A stretch of DNA of 59,861 nucleotides from Candidatus Daviesbacteria bacterium (lineage in GTDB: Bacteria > Patescibacteriota > Microgenomatia > Daviesbacterales > UBA10151). Below, piece by piece: positions 50,137 through 58,573 of the stretch; position 1 is the first letter of the stretch; every line of letters begins with the position of its first letter. The DNA is taken from NCBI GenBank assembly GCA_016186955.1, contig JACPKP010000001.1:1-59861 (forward strand), in the 5' to 3' direction. A model generated the notes under the pieces. The model was not told the DNA's origin. It made no database searches and worked only from the letters and a program-made list of their open reading frames with translations. A program made the translations under genes and the position numbers.

Positions 50137-50847
50137 ATGGGAAAAGAAAAAATTCCGCATTTTAACCTTGCAGAAGGTGTGGATGAAGCAATTAGATTGG
50201 CAAAATTGCTTGATGCCAGTTTTGAGAGCCCAAAAATTATTGCTGTGGCAGGCCCAACCTCATCAGGGAAAACTACCCAGGTAACGGATAAGCTGATAGC
50301 AGCGCTTTCAATAAATTTTAATGCAGAGCAAAAGACTGAAGGGTTCATTGTCAATCAACTTCAGCAGGACCAATTCCTTACAGGCAGAAGGCCTTGGGAC
50401 CATCCTAAAAACATGGATTTTGAGTTACAGGTAAAACTGTTTCAAGTTTGTAAGGCCGGTAAGTCTGGTTGGAAATCAAATTACATTTATGAAAATGGAG
50501 GCCAAAGAACAGGTTATTCAATTTTCTGCCCTGGACAAATTGTGATTTTGGATGGTTTTTTAGCGCTGCATCCTAAAATTGAGCAGTTTGCTGATTTAAA
50601 AATTTATGTAGATTGTAAGTCTTACATAATGCTGATGAGAAGGCTTTTGCGGGACTGCGGGCCAGAGGGTAGGACAAAGCAGTCCCACAAAGAAGTGCTC
50701 CGGATTTTTCTGGAAGAAGTTTTGCCTCTGAGCAGAAAGTATGTTGAGCCAACCAGGAAAAATGCCGACCTTATAATTGTAAATAATTTCAGCCCGGAAG
50801 AACTAAATCGGTTAGATAAACTGGAGATTGAATTAAGGTCTGTTTAG
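50137..50847 (+). CDS. uridine kinase/phosphoribulokinase-family P-loop kinase
   Basis: IIAVAGPTSSGKTT P-loop, IVILDGFLAL, DLKIYVDC. 236 aa. Confidence 0.6.
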   Translation: MGKEKIPHFNLAEGVDEAIRLAKLLDASFESPKIIAVAGPTSSGKTTQVTDKLIAALSINFNAEQKTEGFIVNQLQQDQFLTGRRPWDHPKNMDFELQVKLFQVCKAGKSGWKSNYIYENGGQRTGYSIFCPGQIVILDGFLALHPKIEQFADLKIYVDCKSYIMLMRRLLRDCGPEGRTKQSHKEVLRIFLEEVLPLSRKYVEPTRKNADLIIVNNFSPEELNRLDKLEIELRSV

Positions 50848-51405
50848 AAATTTATCATAAAATCTTTGAACCTGTTGTTTAAATTGCTCCAGGGTAGTCC
50901 CGTTTATTATTTTAAAGTCCGCACCGGTGCCAATTTTGGGGATTAATATCTCGTTTTCGGTTTGTTCTTCCTTCATGAATTGTTCATAAGGGATATTCAG
51001 CTCCCCTTCTTTTTCTTTTCTGGATCTGATCCTGTCGTAGCGGATTGCTACAGGCGCAGTTACATAAACCAGGTAGTTTTTCGGGAAACCCCGCACTAAA
51101 TCAACATCACTTTGCCACCTGACCCCGTCCAAAATTACAATATCCGCCGGGTTTGATAAAACCCTCATATAAACAGCATGGGAAAGTACCGGACCGAAGT
51201 TATTTTTCATTATGACAGCCAGGTTTTGCAGATTGCTGCGGGTTAGGGGGATGCCCCAAATTTTTAAAGTATCTGATAAAACATCGGAGAACCTGATTTT
51301 GGAAATTTTTAAGTTGGGAGCGGTTTGCATTAACAGGTCAACAAAGGTGCCTTTGCCTGAACCGATCTCACCTATTAAGCCGATAATAACTTTTTTTGGG
51401 CCCAT
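50833..51405 (-). CDS. P-loop nucleoside/nucleotide kinase-like protein
   Basis: IIGLIGEIGSGKGTF P-loop, VILDGVRW, RIRSRKEKEGE. 190 aa. Its 3' end overlaps the convergent gene by 15 nt. Confidence 0.55.
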   Translation of the reverse strand: MGPKKVIIGLIGEIGSGKGTFVDLLMQTAPNLKISKIRFSDVLSDTLKIWGIPLTRSNLQNLAVIMKNNFGPVLSHAVYMRVLSNPADIVILDGVRWQSDVDLVRGFPKNYLVYVTAPVAIRYDRIRSRKEKEGELNIPYEQFMKEEQTENEILIPKIGTGADFKIINGTTLEQFKQQVQRFYDKFLNRP

Positions 51406-51494
51406 GACATGAGCAATAATATCATGGTAAGGGTGATTTTTCCAGAGGGTGGTTGCGGCCTTTTCCAGAACTTGTATGGTATGATAAACCAGGA

Positions 51495-53318
51495 ATGAAG
51501 CTTTTCAATCTAAATACAATACCTTTTTCGCGGTATGTTCAAGAAGCAACAAACAAAAAAGCGCAGATTCTGGTGCTGGCTCTTATTTCTTTGGGGGTTA
51601 TACTTGTTGGCACACTGACTATTATTGAAGGTTCCCAGCTTTATTTTCAGAATACAAGCTATTCCCTTGATTCACAAAAAGCAGTGATCCTGGCAGAGGC
51701 AGGGATAGATAAAGCGATAGCATCCCTTAATAAATCAGGGAACAGCTTTATTGGAGAATCGGAGACAAAACTTGGGGATGGGGCATACTCGGTGGCAATT
51801 ATTGATAAAAACCCTTCAACTAAATTAATAGAAAGTACGGGTTATATCCCAAATAAAACAAATCCAAGAGTAAAAAGGACTGTCAAGGTGCAGGCAAGCA
51901 ACGGAGTGGGCACTGCTTTTAATTATGCTATGCAGGTGGGTGAGGGGGGGTTGGAAAGTGCAAAGAATGCCCTAATTAAGGGATCCATATATTCCAACGG
52001 CAGTATTGACTTGTCCCAAGACAGCAGGATTACTGGTGATGTTTATGTTGCAACCGGGATAAATATTGACCAGGCAACAGAGTGCCAGGGGGTAAACTGC
52101 ACTGATTTTATATTTGGGAAAAATGTCAACGGGGAAGACAAGCTTGATGTAGCGCAAAGCTTCAAACCCTCATCTACCCAGGTTATCAGTCAGGTTGCAC
52201 TGAAGCTTAAAAAGTTCGGCAGCCCGCCCAATGTGCGTGTCCGCATTTTGGGGGACGAAAACGGCAAGCCGGACAAAAACCAAGTTCTGGCCGATGGTAC
52301 TTTGTCATCATCTCTGGTGACAACTTCGTATAATTTTGTAAACGTGGCATTAGACCACAACGTTACGCTTAATGCGAATGCTACCTATTGGATTATGATA
52401 GATACCTCTTTGAACACTTCAAACTACTGGAGTTGGTCGGCGGATAGTGTCCAAAGTTATCAAAGGGGTATAAGTACCTGGTCGCCTAAATGGGAGAGCA
52501 GTCGTTCTGACTGGCACAGTACCAGCTTGGATTTAGGGTTTAAGACTTTTATGGGCGGCGCACAAACATACATCGAGGGGGATCATGATTTAGGCGGGGT
52601 TGTTATTGAAGGGAATGCTCATGCTAATACGCTGAAGGATTTAACTATTCGCCAGGGCGCATATTACCAGATTTCAGACCGCATCAATGCGGCAAGCTAT
52701 TTTCCCGGTTCAAGCGACCCACTGCCTAAAGCTTTTCCCATTTCGGGTGGGAACATTTCGGATTGGAAAGAAGATGCTGAAAGTGTCGGTGTTTACACCG
52801 GGGATGTAAATAGTTGTCCGTCCAATCTGGCAGGAAAATATGTAGGTTCGGTTCGTCTGACCAGCCATTGTCTCGTAAATGTGACGGCCCCTGTTTGGAT
52901 CACAGGGAATTTGGATATGCAGGAAGATGTCATATTAAGGCTTGATCCAAGTTTCGGTTCATCAAGCGGGGTGGTAATAGCGGATGGGTTTATAGAGCTT
53001 GACAAAGACGGGAAAGCCCTGGGAAGCGGTACCCAAGGAAGTTATTTGATTTTAATATCCAATTTTAACAGTAAAGACGATCCCGGCAGGAGGGATGCCA
53101 TAAAGATTAAGCGGGAGGGCAATACAGGAGTTTTATATTCCGGTCTCGGTAAAATCAGTCTTTCCAAGGAAAACCATATCACCTCCATTACAGCCTGGAA
53201 GGTTAAAATCAGCAAGGATGCAGTCATTGAATACGACCAGGGGTTGGCAGGGACTTTCTTCTCATTCGGGCCTTCGGGTTCCTTTTCGATAGTGAAGGGT
53301 ACATACCAGATTAAGTGA
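51495..53318 (+). CDS. PilX-N-like (type IV pilus minor-pilin-like) large secreted protein
   Basis: The ATG at 51495 is preferred; the ORF opens at TTG 51453. KKAQILVLALISLGVILVGTL..QKAVILAEAGIDKAIASL resembles the PilX N-terminal domain. A long beta-rich C-terminal region follows. Confidence 0.6.
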   Translation: MKLFNLNTIPFSRYVQEATNKKAQILVLALISLGVILVGTLTIIEGSQLYFQNTSYSLDSQKAVILAEAGIDKAIASLNKSGNSFIGESETKLGDGAYSVAIIDKNPSTKLIESTGYIPNKTNPRVKRTVKVQASNGVGTAFNYAMQVGEGGLESAKNALIKGSIYSNGSIDLSQDSRITGDVYVATGINIDQATECQGVNCTDFIFGKNVNGEDKLDVAQSFKPSSTQVISQVALKLKKFGSPPNVRVRILGDENGKPDKNQVLADGTLSSSLVTTSYNFVNVALDHNVTLNANATYWIMIDTSLNTSNYWSWSADSVQSYQRGISTWSPKWESSRSDWHSTSLDLGFKTFMGGAQTYIEGDHDLGGVVIEGNAHANTLKDLTIRQGAYYQISDRINAASYFPGSSDPLPKAFPISGGNISDWKEDAESVGVYTGDVNSCPSNLAGKYVGSVRLTSHCLVNVTAPVWITGNLDMQEDVILRLDPSFGSSSGVVIADGFIELDKDGKALGSGTQGSYLILISNFNSKDDPGRRDAIKIKREGNTGVLYSGLGKISLSKENHITSITAWKVKISKDAVIEYDQGLAGTFFSFGPSGSFSIVKGTYQIK

Positions 53319-53328
53319 GAGCATTTAG

Positions 53329-53411
53329 TGCCGAAGGTGGGAGTCGAACCCACATGACCTTGCGATCACAGGTTTTTGAGACCTGCGTGTCTACCATTCC
53401 ACCACTTCGGC
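53329..53411 (-). tRNA. tRNA-Leu (anticodon CAA)
   Basis: Minus strand: GCCGAAG acceptor pairs with CTTCGGC. Anticodon stem CAGGT/ACCTG with loop CTCAAAA. Long variable arm (TGATCGCAAGGTCATG). T arm GTGGG-TTCGACT-CCCAC. Discriminator A. CCA is not encoded. Confidence 0.93.
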
Positions 53412-53648
53412 TATACTATATTTTACCAGAAACTTAGTGTTTCTAGTATAATTTGCAAAAAAGCTCTCTTTAAAAAATTTCTTTTAAAGCCTTCTTTCTG
53501 AAACACAGTAGATGGTAGATTGTAGGTAACTATGGAGTATTTACCGGTGAATTTGTCATTTTGGAGCGTAGCGAAAGTCTAGACTGATTTTGAGATTCTT
53601 CACTTTTGGAGTCATTTAGACTCCCGTTCGCATTATTTACGGTTGTAG

Positions 53649-53674
53649 CTGTTGACATTAATACTACGATCGTG
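53649..53674 (+). repeat. 26-bp motif CTGTTGACATTAATACTACGATCGTG upstream of the PaaX-like regulator gene
   Basis: Identical to the reverse complement of 41304-41329. Here it is also part of a 10-bp inverted repeat, GTTGACATTA (53651-53660) / TAATGTCAAC (53679-53688). Confidence 0.9.
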
Positions 53675-53680
53675 ATAATA
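53652..53680 (+). promoter_or_regulatory. consensus-like promoter upstream of the PaaX-like gene
   Basis: TTGACA (53652-53657), 17-nt spacer, ATAATA (53675-53680). About 70 nt to the ATG at 53751. Confidence 0.5.
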
Positions 53681-53750
53681 ATGTCAACAAGTCACTGTAC
53701 TGTTATCGTACTGTTGTCGTATTGTAAAGTTTACGAAGATACAGAAAATC

Positions 53751-54245
53751 ATGAATACAAATAAAAAACTTGGAGATTTTATTCTGTTGGGATTAGAGAA
53801 AGCGGTTGATGGATATGTTAGCTTTGAAGATTTTGCAACCAATTATTATAAATATCTTTATGGGTATCCCAGATTGGTTAAGAAATCAGCGCTTTCCAAA
53901 GCCCTAAAAAGATTGAGGGAAAATGGTTTGATTGATTTTATAGATGATGAAAAATTAGCATTTAAGTTAACAGATAGCGGTCGGGATCAGGTAATTTGGG
54001 CCAGCATCCGCAACGAACAACAAAAATGGGATGGAAGATGGAGGCTGGTAATTTTTGATATCCCGGAAAAGAGGAGACAGGCAAGAGATTTGTTAAGGTC
54101 AAAGCTTAAGCAATGGGGTTTTGTACACTGGCAAAAAAGCGTTTGGGCAAGCAAAAAAAATTGTACGAAACCGATGCGGGATTTTATTAATCAGGTAGGG
54201 ATAAAAGATTGGGTAAAAGTAATTGAATCAGATAATGTTGGGTAA
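53751..54245 (+). CDS. PaaX-like transcriptional regulator
   Basis: 164 aa. N-terminal winged-helix-like segment. WDGRWRLVIFDIPEKRRQARDLLRSKLKQWGFVHWQKSVWAS is the characteristic PaaX-family C-terminal signature. Confidence 0.6.
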   Translation: MNTNKKLGDFILLGLEKAVDGYVSFEDFATNYYKYLYGYPRLVKKSALSKALKRLRENGLIDFIDDEKLAFKLTDSGRDQVIWASIRNEQQKWDGRWRLVIFDIPEKRRQARDLLRSKLKQWGFVHWQKSVWASKKNCTKPMRDFINQVGIKDWVKVIESDNVG

Positions 54246-54284
54246 AAGTTGCAATTGTATTGAGGCTAGTTTACACTTAACAGC

Positions 54285-55247
54285 ATGACACTTCAGGAAA
54301 TTTATGACTTGGCAATCAAGATGGGGATTGAAGCTGACCCTAGAGGCGGGAAAAGAGTTAAGCAATTGCTCCAAAAAAGGCAAGAAGAATTTAAAGACCT
54401 TACAGGAAAAAAGAAAATCTTTTTTGATACAGAGTCTTTAATAAACCCATATTCGGACTCAAGGATCTTAAACGGCAACCCTAAAACTGCAATTAGAAAG
54501 CTTTTGGTAGGTATTGATGCTGAAGCATCAGAAGTCTTGCTTTTTGACCGCTTAAACCAGGCAGGTGCGAAGATAGACCTTTTGGTTTCCCACCACCCTT
54601 CAGGGCATGCTTTAGCTTCCCTGCATGAGGTTATGGAAGTTCAGGTAGATATGTTTGCAGAAGCACAGGTTCCGGTAAATGTAGCTCATTCCCTGTTCCA
54701 AACTAGGATTGGAGAAGTCCAAAGGCGTTTTTCTCCGCTAAATCATGGGCATACTATAGATGCGGCTAAACTTTTAAGCGTACCGCTTTTGTCGATCCAT
54801 ACTGTTTGGGATAATATGGGACATAAATTTGTTGTAGGTTACCTGAACAATAAAGAATTTGCAAATCTGGAAGAATTATATGATGAGATTTTAAAGATAC
54901 CTGAGTTTACAGAAGCTGCGAAAGGGAAAAACCCTCCCATTATAGTGTCAGGCAGCGAGAAATCCAGGGTGGGTAGGATAGCGGTGGGTTATACAGGTGG
55001 TACTTCCCCTTCAAAAGAGCTATATATTGAGCTTGCCAAAGCCGGAGTCGGGACAATTGTGGAAATGCATATGCCGGAAGAGTCAGTGCAGGAGTTAAAA
55101 AAAATGCATGTTAATGTAATAGATTGCGGGCATATGGCTGCAGATTCAATAGGGGCAAACTTATTTTTGGATGCACTGGAGAAAAAGGGGGTTGAAGTTG
55201 TACCTTGTTCGGGATTGATAAGGATTAGAAGGCAAAAGTATGCTTAA
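54285..55247 (+). CDS. NIF3-family (GTP cyclohydrolase 1 type 2-like) metal-binding protein
   Basis: DLLVSHHP motif, later HTVWD and CGHMAADS candidate metal ligands. 320 aa. Confidence 0.55.
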   Translation: MTLQEIYDLAIKMGIEADPRGGKRVKQLLQKRQEEFKDLTGKKKIFFDTESLINPYSDSRILNGNPKTAIRKLLVGIDAEASEVLLFDRLNQAGAKIDLLVSHHPSGHALASLHEVMEVQVDMFAEAQVPVNVAHSLFQTRIGEVQRRFSPLNHGHTIDAAKLLSVPLLSIHTVWDNMGHKFVVGYLNNKEFANLEELYDEILKIPEFTEAAKGKNPPIIVSGSEKSRVGRIAVGYTGGTSPSKELYIELAKAGVGTIVEMHMPEESVQELKKMHVNVIDCGHMAADSIGANLFLDALEKKGVEVVPCSGLIRIRRQKYA

Positions 55248-55800
55248 CGTTACAGAACTCAGAAATGGGGCGGTTTTCAAAGATTCAGGCCAGCTGCTGC
55301 AGGTGATCTCATATGAGCATACTAAAATGGGCAGGGGGTCTGGCACTATCAAAGTCAAAGTTAAAAATTTGAGGACAGGTTCTGTAACTGAAAAATCTTT
55401 CATTACCGGCGCCAGGGTTGATGAGGCAGATGTTGAAAAGAAAAAGGCCCAGTTTTTATATAAGAATGAGGGTAGCTTCAACTTTATGGACCCTGAGGGT
55501 TTTGAGCAGTTTTCCGTAGAAGAAAATGTTTTAGGTGATCAGGCGAAATACTTAAAAGAAGGGCTTGAAGTAAGTTTGATTGTTTCCGGCGCTGAGGCGC
55601 TGGGGATAGAACTTCCCTTAAGTTTAATTTATACCATTTCAGAGACCGGCCCAAGTGAAAAAGGCAATACAGTATCAAATGTGTACAAAGAAGCTACTTT
55701 GGATAACGGTTTGGCGGTAAAGGTGCCGATGTTTATGAGGGTTGGTGAAAAAGTAAAAATTGACACCAGAAGCGGGGAGTATGTGGAGAGAGTAAAATGA
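55240..55800 (+). CDS. efp: elongation factor P
   Basis: LRNGAVFKDSGQLLQVISYEHTKMGRGSGTIKVKVKNLRTG, FLYKNEGSFNFMDPEGFEQ, and C-terminal GEKVKIDTRSGEYVERV. 186 aa. Confidence 0.93.
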   Translation: MLNVTELRNGAVFKDSGQLLQVISYEHTKMGRGSGTIKVKVKNLRTGSVTEKSFITGARVDEADVEKKKAQFLYKNEGSFNFMDPEGFEQFSVEENVLGDQAKYLKEGLEVSLIVSGAEALGIELPLSLIYTISETGPSEKGNTVSNVYKEATLDNGLAVKVPMFMRVGEKVKIDTRSGEYVERVK

Positions 55801-55856
55801 CGAGATCCCTCGACGCCCACGTTCATAGAAATGAACGCGGTCGCTCGGGATGACAA
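55797..55856. repeat. degenerate GC-rich palindromic element directly after efp
   Basis: ATGACGAGATCCCTCGACG..ACGTTCAT-AGAA-ATGAACG..GTCGCTCGGGATGAC. The efp stop TGA (55798-55800) lies in its first bases. Confidence 0.5.
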
Positions 55857-55886
55857 AGTGAGTTTGGAAATTTTACTCACTTTGTC
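55852..55886. repeat. perfect 11-bp inverted repeat upstream of galU
   Basis: GACAAAGTGAG (55852-55862), 13-nt loop, CTCACTTTGTC (55876-55886). No U-run follows, so it may be an operator or an RNA hairpin. Confidence 0.6.
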
Positions 55887-55907
55887 AAATGTGCTAACCT
55901 TAGAATA

Positions 55908-56792
55908 ATGAAAAAGATCCGTAAGGCGTTAATCCCCGCTGCAGGGTTTGGGACCAGGTTTTTGCCCCAGACTAAAGCCATGCCCAAAGAGATGATGCCT
56001 TTGGTGGATAAACCTATTATCCAGCGGGTGGTGGAGGAACTGGTAGATGTGGGTATTGAGACTATAGTGATTGTGACTGGTTGGAATAAAAGAAGTATTG
56101 AGGACCATTTTGACAACAACTTTGAACTGGAAGAAAAACTGGCCCGGGCAGGCAAAGAAAAAGAGCTGGAAATTGTGCGTAAAATTTCATCTTTGGCTGA
56201 ATTTGTATACCTTAGGCAAAAAGGGCCTCTTGGTAATGCTACACCGATCTTAAATGCAAAACATATCATGGGTGATGATCCGTTTATGGTTTTCTGGGGC
56301 GACGACTTTGTGGATGCAGCCCCCTCAAGGGCCAGGCAGCTTTTGGCAGCTTATGAAAAATATGATGCCGCGATCCTTGGAGCTCTCCGGGCGCGCACTG
56401 AAAATGACTACAAAAAATACGGTTTTGTTGGAGGTGAGGAGGTTGAAAAAGGGGTATTTAAAATAAGTAAGATTTTAGAAAAACCCGGCAGCAGCGAAAA
56501 TTCACCCTCAGATTTGGCAGTAGTCTCAGGGATAATCGTCACGCCGGGGATTTATGAACCGCTTGAAATGGCAAAGTCGGGATTGGGTTCTGGCCAGGAG
56601 CTGGTTTATACCCATGGAATTCAGGGGATGGTTGATAAAAATCTGCCTGTGTATGCCGTAGAAATCCGGAATGCCAAATACAGGGATACAGGCAATAAGT
56701 TGGATTATTTAAAAGCTGTGGTGGAATATGGGCTGGATCATCCCGAGATTGGCAAGGATTTTGCAGAGTATCTAAAAACCCTTAAAAATTAA
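55908..56792 (+). CDS. galU: UTP--glucose-1-phosphate uridylyltransferase
   Basis: KALIPAAGFGTRFLPQTKAMPKEMMPLVDKPIIQ, LRQKGPLGNA, VFWGDD. 294 aa. Confidence 0.9.
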   Translation: MKKIRKALIPAAGFGTRFLPQTKAMPKEMMPLVDKPIIQRVVEELVDVGIETIVIVTGWNKRSIEDHFDNNFELEEKLARAGKEKELEIVRKISSLAEFVYLRQKGPLGNATPILNAKHIMGDDPFMVFWGDDFVDAAPSRARQLLAAYEKYDAAILGALRARTENDYKKYGFVGGEEVEKGVFKISKILEKPGSSENSPSDLAVVSGIIVTPGIYEPLEMAKSGLGSGQELVYTHGIQGMVDKNLPVYAVEIRNAKYRDTGNKLDYLKAVVEYGLDHPEIGKDFAEYLKTLKN

Positions 56793-57215
56793 AACAATAA
56801 TCACCACAGCTGCCACTTGGGTTAATATCCCCCAAGGCAATTTTAGTTTTCCCTGCATCCTTGATTGGACATTGTAGATCCAGGAAAATGGCGGGAAGCG
56901 CCAGTTTAAAAACCAATAGGGCGCTTCCATAATATCCCAGACCTCTGAGGCAAAAACACAGGCTGTAAAATACCAGAAACTGATATTTTGCCCAAACAGC
57001 AGGTAAGCCAACGTAAAACCCAACACCAGGTCAAATAAAGCCTGTAAAAAAAGCGTTACCTTATTTTTTTTCTTCCAGCCCCAGCCAAAATCCCAATGAG
57101 GGATCATGTCCAGGAATGGGTGGGTTGCAGCAGACAGGGTGATGCCTAAAGCAGGGTCTTTGACTGAGGCTGCGATCGCTCCTCCGACCAGTGCATGTGC
57201 AGTAGCTGTCATCAC
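56772..57215 (-). CDS. membrane-bound metal-dependent hydrolase-like protein (YdjM/DUF457-like)
   Basis: 147-aa ORF. HALVGGAIA and HPFLDMIPHWD His-rich motifs in a 4-TM protein. Its 3' end overlaps galU by 21 nt. Confidence 0.45.
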   Translation of the reverse strand: MMTATAHALVGGAIAASVKDPALGITLSAATHPFLDMIPHWDFGWGWKKKNKVTLFLQALFDLVLGFTLAYLLFGQNISFWYFTACVFASEVWDIMEAPYWFLNWRFPPFSWIYNVQSRMQGKLKLPWGILTQVAAVVIIVLIFKGF

Positions 57216-57269
57216 ATTGAGTATACCTTAATTGGTCAAACTTTAACAATTCTGGTAATATAAGTGGGT

Positions 57270-58181
57270 ATGAAGCCGGTGCTTTTTTCTGTCGGCGCTT
57301 TATCAATTTCTTCATTTGGTTTCTTTTTGCTTATTGCATGTGGTGTTGGGGTGTACATTATATGGAGGATCGTCAGGGTTTATGATTTAGACGAAGAGAA
57401 GTCCCTTGACCTGATCATCCTTACTATCGCAGGAGGGTTGATAGTATCAAGGTTATATTTTGTCCTTTTCCACATTGAGCAATTTGATAGCGTCATTAAA
57501 ATTATTTTAGTAAACCGTTATCCAGGATTTTCATTTTGGGGTGCATTTTTTGGGGCTTTTGGAATATTCAGAGTGCTTTGCGCCCGTTTTAAATTAAACT
57601 TTTGGCAAATGGCAGATTTGGTGATGCCCGGAGTATTTTTAGGCATATCAGTGGCCACTCTGGGTTGTCTTTTAGGCAGCTGTGAGTATGGTTTGGTGAC
57701 AAATGCCCCGTTTGCCATAATACAGGCAGGTTTAGTAGATAAGAGGTTTCCGGTGCAGGTTGTAGAATCCCTGCTTTTTTTTCTTGGGTTTTTATATCTT
57801 TGGAAAGGGGCTTTAAGGTTTCATCGTTTTGGCGCGATAACAGCAGAAGGCCTGATGCTGATTGGTATTTTCAAATTCATGCTGGAATTTTTCTATGGAA
57901 GCAGACAACAGTTTGGTGTTTTTTCAGCAGGGTTGGTTTACTCCGTTTTACTCATCATTAGCGCTCTGTGGGTTTATTATTTTACTAATAAGCGCTCGCC
58001 ACTGGCTGATTTGAAGATGCTGAAAGTTTTAGCCCAACGGTCTGATAAAAGACATGAACTAGTTTCCAAGATTGGTAAAAACTGGTATAATCTGAAAGTA
58101 GATTTTAAAGTGACATTTCAAAAAGCAAAAAAAGGCTTGTTGAAGTTACTTAATGTGCGGGCTAACCCGCAGAAATTCTAA
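57270..58181 (+). CDS. lgt: prolipoprotein diacylglyceryl transferase-like protein
   Basis: Polytopic membrane protein. FSFWGAFFGAFG, LGCLLGSCEYG (in place of the GRxGN/CxxxGCCYG loop) and RFPVQVVESLLF (compare HPTQLYES) resemble Lgt. GTG 57264 is an alternative start. Confidence 0.55.
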   Translation: MKPVLFSVGALSISSFGFFLLIACGVGVYIIWRIVRVYDLDEEKSLDLIILTIAGGLIVSRLYFVLFHIEQFDSVIKIILVNRYPGFSFWGAFFGAFGIFRVLCARFKLNFWQMADLVMPGVFLGISVATLGCLLGSCEYGLVTNAPFAIIQAGLVDKRFPVQVVESLLFFLGFLYLWKGALRFHRFGAITAEGLMLIGIFKFMLEFFYGSRQQFGVFSAGLVYSVLLIISALWVYYFTNKRSPLADLKMLKVLAQRSDKRHELVSKIGKNWYNLKVDFKVTFQKAKKGLLKLLNVRANPQKF

Positions 58182-58182
58182 T

Positions 58183-58548
58183 ATGAATACTTTTGAAAAG
58201 ATCAGGAAACTACTTCTAAGGCAACAAAAAAAAGTTGAAGAGAACTTAAAAGCCATGGAAAAAGAAGACCCTGTGATGAATGGTGGGCCGGCGGAAAGCA
58301 GCGAACCCGGTACAGACTCATGGCTTGCAGATGTACATTCAAGGGTTGTGGCGATTAAAATAAGCCTGCAGGATATACTTATCAATACCAAAAAAGCCTT
58401 AGAGAAGATGCGGTCAGGTAAATATGGCAAATGTGAGAACTGTAGGCGTATGATAGAACCGCAAAGGTTGGAAGCAATGCCCACTGCTACCCTTTGTATC
58501 TCCTGCTCCCAAAAAAGCCCCAAAGCGGGCAGCGCCCGGAAACAATAG
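58183..58548 (+). CDS. DksA/TraR-family C4 zinc-finger protein
   Basis: The ATG at 58183 gives MNTFEKIRKLL. It has a coiled-coil region and then GKYGKCENCRRMIEPQRLEAMPTATLCISC. Confidence 0.75.
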   Translation: MNTFEKIRKLLLRQQKKVEENLKAMEKEDPVMNGGPAESSEPGTDSWLADVHSRVVAIKISLQDILINTKKALEKMRSGKYGKCENCRRMIEPQRLEAMPTATLCISCSQKSPKAGSARKQ

Positions 58549-58573
58549 ATTCCGGGATTGATTTTCATTAAAT

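Noticed and set aside
41304-53674. The inverted 26-bp copies as terminal inverted repeats of a 12-kb composite transposon.
   Set aside because: The interval contains essential-looking chromosomal genes (sigma factor, dnaB, tRNA-Leu) and no transposase or integrase. A shared regulatory site or an inversion substrate is more plausible.
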